Shown: positions 38,422-47,500 of the stretch, in pieces
Layout of the letters: every line of letters starts with the position of its first letter
Position numbering within the stretch: the first letter of the stretch is position 1
Source of the DNA: Chthoniobacteraceae bacterium
GTDB lineage: Bacteria > Verrucomicrobiota > Verrucomicrobiia > Chthoniobacterales > Chthoniobacteraceae
Assembly (NCBI GenBank): GCA_040081625.1
Contig: JBEBGD010000024.1
Location: forward strand, 1 to 60,907
Direction of reading: 5' to 3'
DNA: 60,907 nucleotides
Translations under genes and position numbers: made by a program
Notes under the pieces: model-generated
The model's input: the letters and a program-made list of their open reading frames with translations, nothing else
Told to the model about the DNA's origin: nothing
Databases searched by the model: none

Positions 38422-39062
38422 GCGAAGAGGGACGGATGCTGCGCGTGAATCTGCGTCAGCCACTTGGCGCCAAGTGTTCGCCACCCAGCGGCGGCGAGCG
38501 CGAGCATGAGCAGCGAAGTCCCCGCGCCGAGGAAGATCGAGACTAGGACATCACTCGGCCAGTGCGAACCGGTGTAAATGCGCGAGTAGGCCACGAGGCC
38601 GGCCATCGCGAAAAGCCCCCAGGCGCGCCATCCGAAGAATGCGGCGCCCGCGAGCGCGACGGCGAGCGTGTTCATCGTGTGCGACGAGGGGAACGAGCGA
38701 CCCTCCACGTCTTCGACCGAGCGCTGCGAAAGTTTCACCTTTGCCGGTTGCGCGAGCGCGAGCAGGCGCGGCTTCGCTTTGCCGAGATCGACGACGCGCA
38801 CGTCGTCGTGTGACTGGTGCGGGCGCGGGCGGTCGATCACGCGTTTCAGCGTTTTTGAGATCAATCCATCACTCACGCCGACGAGCAACGCCGCCGTGAT
38901 GATGAACGCCCGGGCGCGAAAACCACCGAGGACGAGGACGAAGATCAGGAAGAGGATGAGGGGCGGCGCCCACGCGTCGAACGACGACGCGCCAGCCATC
39001 ACGCGGTCGAGCGCGGGGCTGGTCCAATCGCGGTTGATGAGCAGAAGAAGCTTTTCGTCCAT
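38418..39062 (-). CDS. PAP2-family membrane phosphatase (LpxE/undecaprenyl-PP phosphatase-like)
   Basis: ATG 39062; C1 KRVIDRPRP, C2 FPSSH, C3 SRIYTGSHWPSD. Confidence 0.9.
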   Translation of the reverse strand: MDEKLLLLINRDWTSPALDRVMAGASSFDAWAPPLILFLIFVLVLGGFRARAFIITAALLVGVSDGLISKTLKRVIDRPRPHQSHDDVRVVDLGKAKPRLLALAQPAKVKLSQRSVEDVEGRSFPSSHTMNTLAVALAGAAFFGWRAWGLFAMAGLVAYSRIYTGSHWPSDVLVSIFLGAGTSLLMLALAAAGWRTLGAKWLTQIHAQHPSLFA

Positions 39063-39098
39063 CCAATTTGCGGGAAAGAGTGCGCACCTTTTCCGACC

Positions 39099-39785
39099 AT
39101 GCTCCCGATTGTCCAGCAGCGATGCGCCTTGATCTTCATCCTTGCCGTCGCCGCGCGTGCGGAGGACGTGCCGGATGCGCGCGAGATTTTGCAGACGGTG
39201 CGCGTCGCGCACGGCGCGCAGGATCGCGCGCTCACGGGGCGGCTGCGCACGGGTGCGCAAAAGATTCCGTTCAAGCTCACGATGCGCGATGGCGCGGTGC
39301 GGTGGGAGTTCTCGGAACCCGCGCAGACCCTTGTGTTGCGGCTCGGCGATAAGTCGTCGTCGCTCGAGGAGATCACGCCGGATGGGAAGGCGAAGCTCGC
39401 GGCGGCGCGGTTCGACGATGCGGTGCGCGGGAGCGACATCACGTATGAGGATCTCGCGATGCGTTTCCTCTACTGGGCCGATGCGACAGTCGAAGGCGAG
39501 CAGACGATCCTGCTGACGAAGTGCTGGCAGCTCGTCGCGACGCCGGGCGCGAGCGCGAGCAGCTACTCGCGGGTGCGCGTGTGGGTGGCGAAGGAAACGG
39601 GCGCGTTGCTCAAGTGCGAGGCGTTCGGGCGCGATGGAAAACTCGAGCGCACGTTTCGCGTGGTGAGCGGGCAGAAGACGGCGGACGGGCTTTGGATTCT
39701 CAAGCAAATGCGGATCGAATCCGCGACGACGCGGCCCGGCGGCGATCCCACGCCGACGTATCTCGAGATCGACGCGGCAGGATAA
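39099..39785 (+). CDS. Secreted LolA-like outer-membrane lipoprotein-sorting family protein
   Basis: Signal peptide; GSDITYEDL, YSRVRVWV.KE, W....MRI; start uncertain (only 36 nt from the divergent gene). Confidence 0.7.
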   Translation: MLPIVQQRCALIFILAVAARAEDVPDAREILQTVRVAHGAQDRALTGRLRTGAQKIPFKLTMRDGAVRWEFSEPAQTLVLRLGDKSSSLEEITPDGKAKLAAARFDDAVRGSDITYEDLAMRFLYWADATVEGEQTILLTKCWQLVATPGASASSYSRVRVWVAKETGALLKCEAFGRDGKLERTFRVVSGQKTADGLWILKQMRIESATTRPGGDPTPTYLEIDAAG

Positions 39786-39799
39786 GGCGGGAAAAAATT

Positions 39800-39828
39800 T
39801 TGCAATGCGGCGCGGGCGGTATTAGAGC
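39800..39828 (+). promoter_or_regulatory. Putative sigma70-type promoter of a leaderless gene
   Basis: TTGCAA-N17-TAGAGC with an A-tract upstream; ATG follows 6 nt later; no SD sequence. Confidence 0.45.
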
Positions 39829-39834
39829 CGCAGC

Positions 39835-40491
39835 ATGGCCGACGATTCGCAGCCAGAAAAAATTTGGGACGAATACGAGTGGGAGCGTTTTCTCCAGCAG
39901 CAGGACCGCAAGACGGAGCGCTACATGGAGCTGCTCGAGAAATACATTGATCATCCCGATCGCGATCAAATCATCGCACGCGAGATGGGCTGGACACATC
40001 TGCTCGACGTGGAGGGAGAGAGATGGGCCGAGGAGGTCGAAGAGATGTTCGATCAGGAAATGGGGGACGCGCTGGGCGAGGAAGAAGACGAGGATGAGGC
40101 GCTGGAGGACTACGAAGTGCATCCGCTCTATCAGGCGGCGTTCGCGCTGACGGTGTGGCTGGATCAGCTTTTCGACGAGCGCGAGGAGTTGCAGCATCAT
40201 CCCGCCGTGGTGGCGCTCTCGACACAGTCGGCGATTTGCAGCGCGAAGCTGGCAGCGGCGCTGAGCGACGACGAGATCGACGAACTCGGGATGACGATCG
40301 CTTATTTAAAACGCGCGCTGAAGGCGATCAGCACTGCGATGGAGGCGGCACTGGAGCTTCGTAGCGAAGAGATCATCGATGCGGCACGCAGCGCGACGCT
40401 CAACCAACGGCTGTTCCAGATTCGCGATGCGATCATCGACTTGATGGGCTCGCATCGCGCGGAGTTTCGCAGGCGTTACGGCGCGATCTGA
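39835..40491 (+). CDS. Acidic helical hypothetical protein
   Basis: 218 aa with natural composition (WDEYEWERFL..., D/E-rich linker, helical C-half); no family recognised. Confidence 0.8.
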   Translation: MADDSQPEKIWDEYEWERFLQQQDRKTERYMELLEKYIDHPDRDQIIAREMGWTHLLDVEGERWAEEVEEMFDQEMGDALGEEEDEDEALEDYEVHPLYQAAFALTVWLDQLFDEREELQHHPAVVALSTQSAICSAKLAAALSDDEIDELGMTIAYLKRALKAISTAMEAALELRSEEIIDAARSATLNQRLFQIRDAIIDLMGSHRAEFRRRYGAI

Positions 40492-40498
40492 TCGCGGC

Positions 40499-40532
40499 AA
40501 AAAAAGAGAGCCAGACCGAGGTCTGGCTCTCT
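40499..40532 (-). terminator. Intrinsic terminator of the 561-aa secreted protein gene
   Basis: AGAGAGCCAGACC/GGTCTGGCTCTCT inverted repeat followed by T7 on the minus strand, 24 nt after the stop. Confidence 0.88.
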
Positions 40533-40556
40533 GCAAATTTGCCGGGACGTGCCGCG

Positions 40557-42242
40557 TTAGCGGCTACGGACGTCGGTCTCTGCGCCCATGACGACGTCAA
40601 TGGCGTTTGCGGCCATGGTGCCGTCCTCGTAGATCATCGAAGCATTGCCGGTGTTGTTGATGCCCGCGGCGAATGCGACTTTCACGACATCACCGATTGT
40701 CCGCGGCGTGCCATCCAAATTAAAGAGCGTCTTGCTGCTGCCGGCGACCTTGGTGCCGATTTTCGGATCGAGTGTGAGCGCGTTCACGATCGCCTGGAAG
40801 ACGCCGGGGCCGAACGCGCCCGCCCCCAAGGAATTCAATGTCAGCGCGACGCTGCCGGCCACGTCGCCGGCGACCGTTGCTTGAAAGATGGGAGCCTTCA
40901 CAGTCGTGCCTCTGGTCGGAATGACCAATTCTCCCCCCGCCACGTCCCGATGCACTTTGGCGGCGCTGCTGATGGCGGTCTTGACCAAGCTGGTGACGAG
41001 CGCAACCGATCGCTTGACCGCTGCGGTCAACTTGGATCCCACGAGGGGAACGCCGGCGTTATCTGTGCCCTGGAAATCCGGCAGGGTCTTGATGCCATTG
41101 AGTAGATAGGCGGCGATTTCCCCGATTTCATCGATCCGGTTGGTGCGGTTGTCGCCATTGGTCGTCATGTTCTGCGTTGGCCGGTTGGTAAGGCCGAGAA
41201 CGAGCGCCTTGGTGAGGGCGGCAACCGACTTCTGGCTGATTCCAACGACCTTGCCGGTGGCGGGGTTTACCAATCCGATGCGCGAACTGAATGCAACGGC
41301 GACCGGTTGAACCTGCTCGGCGGAGGCGACCAGCGCGACGCTGGATGCCATCTTTGTGGAATTCTTCACGGCGGCGAGATAAACCGGGCTCGCGAGCTGA
41401 TTGGCGTTGAAAAGTCCGTCAACAATCAACGCGGCGTCTCCGGGGTTCGACACCGTCGTGCCGGTGGCGATCTGGATGATGAATTTCGTATTGGTGGCCC
41501 GGACCGCGAGTTTGAGCGCGAAGTCGGCGGCGTCCACAGCTGTCTCGCTCACGTATTGTGCGATCTGCTGTGATGACTTCGCGAGTGCTTTTTCGGTGAT
41601 CGCCTGATTGGCGAGGTCGATCAGATCGAGATCGGTCAGGAAGTCGGGATTGAGGGCGCGACCTCCGAGGATTGCGCCGACCGCGGTCGTGGATTTGGCG
41701 GCAGCCTTCGCGATGGCGATCGCAAACGCGTTGGCGAAAGTTCCGCCGGGCGGATTTTCTGTGAATTCCGCGATGAATGCCGGGATTTGAGCCGGATTTG
41801 CGCCGATGCTCGTAGCAGCGGTGAGCGCTGCCGTTCCCGCGAATTTTGCAACATCGAGATTGATCTTCGGGAAGGTGCCGTTGGCGTTGCCGAGGTTGGC
41901 GCGGATATCCATCGCCAATTGGTCGCCGATGGTTGGAGCACCGGCGCCCGCGCCCTTGAGCGCTTCGCCGGCGATTATCCCGGGATTGAGTTTATTGTTT
42001 GCGACGAAGCCGATCGCCCCGATGACGGCATTGGAAAGGTCTGTCGTATTCGCATTAAGGATGCGCTGTCTCGCAATGATCACATCGGCTGCCTTCGTCG
42101 TGAGTGGACTCCCTGGGTTGAGTTGGTTCGCGATGGCAACGACTTCTTTCGTGCCGGCCTGAGCTTGATCAGGGGTCGCGAGAAGTGCGGCGAATGCTAC
42201 GCCGAGGATCAGTGCGAATTTACGTGGGGTGGCCGTTTTCAT
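40557..42242 (-). CDS. Secreted Ala-rich, Cys/Trp-free helical protein A (candidate S-layer/surface protein)
   Basis: ATG 42242; signal MKTATPRKFALILGVAFAALLATPDQAQA; NPxxAxxI-type helices; ends GAETDVRSR; no family recognised. Confidence 0.85.
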   Translation of the reverse strand: MKTATPRKFALILGVAFAALLATPDQAQAGTKEVVAIANQLNPGSPLTTKAADVIIARQRILNANTTDLSNAVIGAIGFVANNKLNPGIIAGEALKGAGAGAPTIGDQLAMDIRANLGNANGTFPKINLDVAKFAGTAALTAATSIGANPAQIPAFIAEFTENPPGGTFANAFAIAIAKAAAKSTTAVGAILGGRALNPDFLTDLDLIDLANQAITEKALAKSSQQIAQYVSETAVDAADFALKLAVRATNTKFIIQIATGTTVSNPGDAALIVDGLFNANQLASPVYLAAVKNSTKMASSVALVASAEQVQPVAVAFSSRIGLVNPATGKVVGISQKSVAALTKALVLGLTNRPTQNMTTNGDNRTNRIDEIGEIAAYLLNGIKTLPDFQGTDNAGVPLVGSKLTAAVKRSVALVTSLVKTAISSAAKVHRDVAGGELVIPTRGTTVKAPIFQATVAGDVAGSVALTLNSLGAGAFGPGVFQAIVNALTLDPKIGTKVAGSSKTLFNLDGTPRTIGDVVKVAFAAGINNTGNASMIYEDGTMAANAIDVVMGAETDVRSR

Positions 42243-42296
42243 ACTTCGAATTGCAGAGTGGGTTATTGTTTTTTCGGGTTCTGGATCTGCACGGTG

Positions 42297-42325
42297 AGGG
42301 TGCGCGCGCACTCTGGATGCTTCAA
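42297..42325 (-). promoter_or_regulatory. Putative promoter for protein A
   Basis: Minus strand TTGAAG-N17-CACCCT preceded by an A-tract. Confidence 0.4.
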
Positions 42326-42343
42326 GGGGTTTTTTGAGAAACT

Positions 42344-44278
42344 TTATCGCGGGATCGCTTCGGGGATGGCTGGCTCCGCAGGGGCATCGATAAAGGATTG
42401 ATCGACAATCTTGCGCAAATCCTGCGTTCCAAGCCGGTGCGCCTCGGCGAACTCGGAGTGGGCCTCCTCATATCGGCCGACGCGAAAGAGGTGCTGCGCG
42501 TAGTAGGCGCGAAGAACCCCGAGCTGAGGATCGTGCTCGATGGCCTTTCGGTATGCGGCCTTGGCCTCAACGAAACGACCGAGTTCGTCGAGTGTCTGGC
42601 CGAGCCGCACGAGCGCGTGCTCGTCGAACGGAAAAATTCCGAGCGCACGGCGGTAGGCGGCGACGGCTCCCTCGAGGAGCGGTCGGCGCGTGGGTTGAAC
42701 GATTGTGCTCATAGCTTGAGCCCGCTGCGCTTCACCAAAGTGGAACCACAATTCGGCGTTGCGATCCTGGTAGTTGAGTGCGCGCCGCGCAAGCTCGATC
42801 GACGGCGTGAATCGCCGGTCGCGCAGCGCGACCCGCGCCTTTTCCCACCAGTATTCGCCGGGAAATTTGGCCAGCCCGGAGACCGCCATCCAGATCGCCA
42901 GTGCCGGCAGCGCTAGGCGCCACGCGGTTTCCACGCGGCCCGGCCCGGCGATGGCGTCCGCACGCGGGGCCGCGAGGATCGCGAAGATGAAGGCGAAGGT
43001 GAGCGCGTTGCCGGGGATGTGGAGATTGAAATCGACGATCGAGTGCGCGAGGTAGGCTGCGACGGCACTGAGCGCGCCGACGACCAACGCGAGGTCGTCG
43101 CTGCGGGCGGGCTGGTAATAATCAAGGTCGCCCAGCTCGGTGCCGAGGATGTGTGAAAAGCGGCGCAAGCCGTGGCGGAGATGCACGAAAAGGAACGCGA
43201 TCATCCCCGCCGCGCCGACGAGCCCGTATTCCGCGAGCAGCTCGAGGTAGTCGCTGTGCGCGTGGATCGGGTCGGACTGGATCTGCGGCCGCCGGAAAAG
43301 CCGCCCGTAATATAAATGCGTGCCCGCGCCCGTGCCGAAGACCGGCGAGACGCAGAAGTGATCGAGCGCAGCGCGCCAATTGTAGATGCGCACGTCTGCA
43401 TTCGGCCGCTCGGCGCCTTCGCGCGTGCCGTCGGAGAGGATGAACGACATCACTCGAAAGTCCTGCTGCGCGAGCAGATCGAGCCGCTTCTGCAAAAGAG
43501 GGCTGCGTAGCATCAGCGCCACTCCCCCCACGAGCACGCCAGCCGTCACGATCGCGCCGATCGTCATCACGCGCCGCAAGCGCTCCGGCCGCAGGCGCCG
43601 AACCGCGACGAGGCTCAGGACTGCAAATGCCGCGAGCGAGACGAGCGTGCTTAAATAGGCGCCGCGGCTGCCGCTGATCGCCACGCCGCCGTAGCAGAGT
43701 AAGGCCGAGTAACCGGTGAGAAATCGCACCCACCCGGGCCAGCGGCTCCAGCAAGTCACCGCCAGCGCCAGCGCGCCGAGGGCTTCGAGAAAGCCGCCGT
43801 AATGGATCGAACTGATCAACGTGCCGCTCGCGCGCAAATCGCTGGGTGGCCTTATGAAACCGAACGGCATCCAATCGTCGCCGTAGCGAAATTGGCGGAG
43901 CCCCACAAAAAACTCACCCACCGCGAGCACGAGCAGCACACCGACGAGCGCCATCCGGGCGGACGCCGATGGGGCGTAGCAGGTGAAGAGTCCGTAAACC
44001 ATCAGACACGCGAGCATCTCGAAAAAGTCCTGCCACCAGAGGTAATCCCACGGTGAGTTGAGCGAGCGGCCGAGCATGTAGGCGAAGAAAATCGCCGTCA
44101 CCACCAGGCACGACCCGCTCGGGCGCACACGCGGACTTCTCAAACTGACGATGCTCAGCAACGCCGAAAGCGAGATCAGCGCATACGCAGGCAGCGCGAA
44201 GACGAGGCGCGTCCCGCCTGTCAGGCACTGGATTAAAACGATACTGGCAGCCAGCAAGCCGGCGTGGACGAGATTCAA
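42344..44278 (-). CDS. O-antigen ligase/O-oligosaccharyltransferase-like (Wzy_C) membrane protein with C-terminal TPRs, paralog 1
   Basis: TTG start aligns with the paralog N-terminus; RASG, GSRGAYL, GTGAGT, HAHSDYLELLAEYG, HSIVDFNLHIP; TPR-like tail. Confidence 0.9.
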   Translation of the reverse strand: MNLVHAGLLAASIVLIQCLTGGTRLVFALPAYALISLSALLSIVSLRSPRVRPSGSCLVVTAIFFAYMLGRSLNSPWDYLWWQDFFEMLACLMVYGLFTCYAPSASARMALVGVLLVLAVGEFFVGLRQFRYGDDWMPFGFIRPPSDLRASGTLISSIHYGGFLEALGALALAVTCWSRWPGWVRFLTGYSALLCYGGVAISGSRGAYLSTLVSLAAFAVLSLVAVRRLRPERLRRVMTIGAIVTAGVLVGGVALMLRSPLLQKRLDLLAQQDFRVMSFILSDGTREGAERPNADVRIYNWRAALDHFCVSPVFGTGAGTHLYYGRLFRRPQIQSDPIHAHSDYLELLAEYGLVGAAGMIAFLFVHLRHGLRRFSHILGTELGDLDYYQPARSDDLALVVGALSAVAAYLAHSIVDFNLHIPGNALTFAFIFAILAAPRADAIAGPGRVETAWRLALPALAIWMAVSGLAKFPGEYWWEKARVALRDRRFTPSIELARRALNYQDRNAELWFHFGEAQRAQAMSTIVQPTRRPLLEGAVAAYRRALGIFPFDEHALVRLGQTLDELGRFVEAKAAYRKAIEHDPQLGVLRAYYAQHLFRVGRYEEAHSEFAEAHRLGTQDLRKIVDQSFIDAPAEPAIPEAIPR

Positions 44279-44287
44279 AGCGCCGGC

Positions 44288-44442
44288 ACGCTACGTCGAA
44301 CTGCGCGGCTCTGACAACCGCAGATCGCTCGGACTCACCCACGTCGCCGGAAAAACGCGGGAAACCCCGCACTCGTATCCCGGCGCCGAGCACAAAAAAG
44401 GTGCGAAGATTTCGTTGACACAATCAAGCCAGCCGGCAACCT
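44288..44442. promoter_or_regulatory. Divergent promoter pair for ligase paralog 1 (-) and protein B (+)
   Basis: Minus strand TTGTCA-N18-TAGCGT (44317-44288), 9 nt before the TTG start. Plus strand TTGACA(44415)-N16-CAACCT with an upstream A-tract. Confidence 0.5.
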
Positions 44443-44525
44443 GCGCGCGCGGCAGATGACTTTCTTGTTTCCCCCAAGATGCTCTCGCCGACTGCCTCCA
44501 AAGAACCCAATCCGCCCTCCACCCT

Positions 44526-47500
44526 ATGAAACTCATGCGTCACGCCCACTCGCTGCGTTACTCCGCCCTCCTCGCCATCCTCATCGGGTCTCTCGGTTTG
44601 AGACCTGCGTCGGCACAAATCCAGGGTGACCAGCCGGGGCAGAACTACTACCCTCACCTCAACTCGCCGATTGATACCAACGGTGCACTCGCATTCATCG
44701 AGTCGCAGCTCAACCAGCAATATCTCAAGGTGAAGGTGTCCGGTGCCGGCACGATCGCCAGCCCGACGGTGTGGAAGATTCAGGTTCCTTCACTCTTTGT
44801 GCCTGACTCGCAAAACATGCCGGTCCAGCCACCTGTTCCTGCCGACGACCCGAAGAACACCTTCCAAACCACGGCCGATCACTTCATTCTTGCCAAGGAC
44901 GCCCAACTTGACATCGCCTTGGGCGCGGCGGTGCAGAAGCTTCTCGACGGGACGGCCGCAACCGCGCCGGTGCCTTTCACCGGCTCTCTGGCTGATCTCA
45001 TCGGTGCGCTCGCCAGCTACAAAAAGACGACCGTCAAGACCTTCATCAAGTCCGCGACAATCAATGTGCTCAACTGGACGGGAAGCTTCCCGGGCAGCGT
45101 CAGCCAGACCGTCGCCCTCGAGCAGTTGACCATCGCCGCCATCCAGCCCGATCCGGCTCAGGCAGCTGGAGTCGTCACGACGATGCTTCCGCTCGTCGTT
45201 CCGAAGGTCAAAGGCGGCCTCACGGGGACCATCACCCCGACACTTGTCACTCAATACGGCACCAAGCAGACCACGCGTTCTGATTCGACCCTCACCGCAG
45301 CGGGTGTGCAGTCGGCGCTTAATGCACTGCCCGGCATCTCCTCCTTGGGCGGCGTAAGAGTCACACCCACAAACATGGGCACCACGCTCCGCATCGAGTT
45401 CGGAACGGGATTTGTGGACAATATCTCGACCAACCCCGACGTCGGCGACTTCCAGACTGCGCTCCGGGATCCGGCCTTGGGCCTTATCAATTACGGCATT
45501 TTCACGGTAGTTCCCGATGCCGCAGCCACGACGCTCGCTCCGTTCCTTGGTGATTTCATCATCACCTACCAGCCGGTAAACCTGAACTCGGCGGCCGGAA
45601 CCAACCGAGACGTGATTCCCGGTTACGCGGACGCCGCCGACGAAGTCGTTCGTCGTGCGATCGAACAGTCATCCGTCAACGCCGTGGCCATCGTCAGCTC
45701 CGCCTTGGGCGTAGTCATGCAGGGAGTGGACGTCTCCGGCAACAACATCCACGACCCGATCACCAACCTGACGCTGGCCAAGGCCAAGCAGCTCGCCACC
45801 CAGGTGTCAGCCGCTGCGGTAAACGCAGCATTCGCAAACAATGCGGGATACCTCGCCGACGAAATCGCAATCACCATCGGAACCAAGATCAAAGCCAAAT
45901 TCTATCAGCACAAGCCGACGGACCCGCTCAACATCAAGCGGCTGATCGCGAGTTCGGAAGAAGTCGCCGCTGCGATCTTCAGCGAAGGAAGCTGGACCGA
46001 CATCAAGGAAGTCGCACTGGTTCAGGCAGGCCTTTCGAAGGGATTCAAGGGGTCCATCTTCGAAGGTAGCGGGACGCCCGAACAGGTTTCGGCCAACAAG
46101 CCCGAGGACAACATCCTGACTCAGATCAAAACCACACTCGGCATCGTGGCGAGTTCGGAGCAGGACAATTACCTGACCAACGTCAGGGGCGGCTTCGTGG
46201 ACGCATACAGCCCCCTGACCCCGACAAACGCGGCAGTCGTCGCTCAGGCAGTGCTCGCCGGGATGAGCGGAAATCAGAACTACGTCGCGGCACGGCTCAC
46301 CGGCGCCTCCGCATGGTTGCCGGCCGTTTTGACCGCTTCATATTTTGTCGGACCGGACAAACACTTCTTCTTCCGCGATCTCCTCCAGTTCGATCACGCC
46401 AACAGCGGAGACGACACGATCCAGGAGATCGTCGAAGCTGGCGTCCGCGGCTTTACCAGTCAGGCTGGAACACTCGCCAACTCCGCGACTCTGTGGGTCA
46501 AGATCGGAACCCCCGGCAGTGCGGTTCCCACATTCGGTCCCACCGATCACCCACTCGGCGAAATCACGAAAGGCGCAGCGCTCGGCCTAAAAGGTCAGCC
46601 CCTCTATAACACGCTGCTCAATGGCGTCGTCGGCAGAGTCATTTCCGGTGCTCCGCTCGCGAAGGTCCCTCAGACCATCTCGCTATCCAGCCCCGGTAAT
46701 CTGCCTCTCAAATCGGCGGTCAAACTCATCAACTTCGATGCAGCGGGGCAAGCCCAACTGAAAGAAATCACGAGCTACGCGATTTCCGGGTCATTGACTG
46801 CCGGGCACGCCACAGCGCCGACCGGCGTTATCCTGACCCTCGCCAAGGCCGCTTCGGGCTTCCATCAGTTCTATCAGCCGATCCTTCAAGGCGCCATCGA
46901 TGCGGCGGCAGGTGGCGCGGGAGCGATTCCTTCGACCGAGCAGTGGCGTGCAGTTCTCGCAGTCATGGCAGCCAAGAAACTCTCAACGTCCTTGGAATTC
47001 GACGGCACCTTCGACGAAGTCATCACCCCCACTCATCTCAAGGCGACCGCGAACTTTCAAACGCTCTACGCGCTGATTCCGAGCTTCGCAACAACGGTGG
47101 CTGGGTATGACTCCAACAATGCCCTGCCGATCACCAAAGGCGGTGATGTGATCAACAACTTGCAGCTCTTCCCCAAAGCGATCTTCAACAAATCCTTCGA
47201 TGCCTTTGTCGATCCGCTCGTGTCGGCCAGCCAGACCGCCACGCAAGCTGTTCTGACCGGCGTTGGGCTCGTCAGCCCCGCGTCGGCGAGCCTCGCCGCA
47301 ACGATCGCCATCAAGGTGCGCCCGGCCGACGCGGCCGTGATCCAAGCCGACGCGATTGGACTCAACCCGTCGCAGGCTGCCAACATCAAGATTGCAGTCA
47401 GCACGGCCAGTCACGTTGCAGCCGGCACATTGGATCTCTTCGACTATTTGGATCAGACCATCTTCCAAAATTCGAAATTCCTCACAGAGATCGTCACCGC

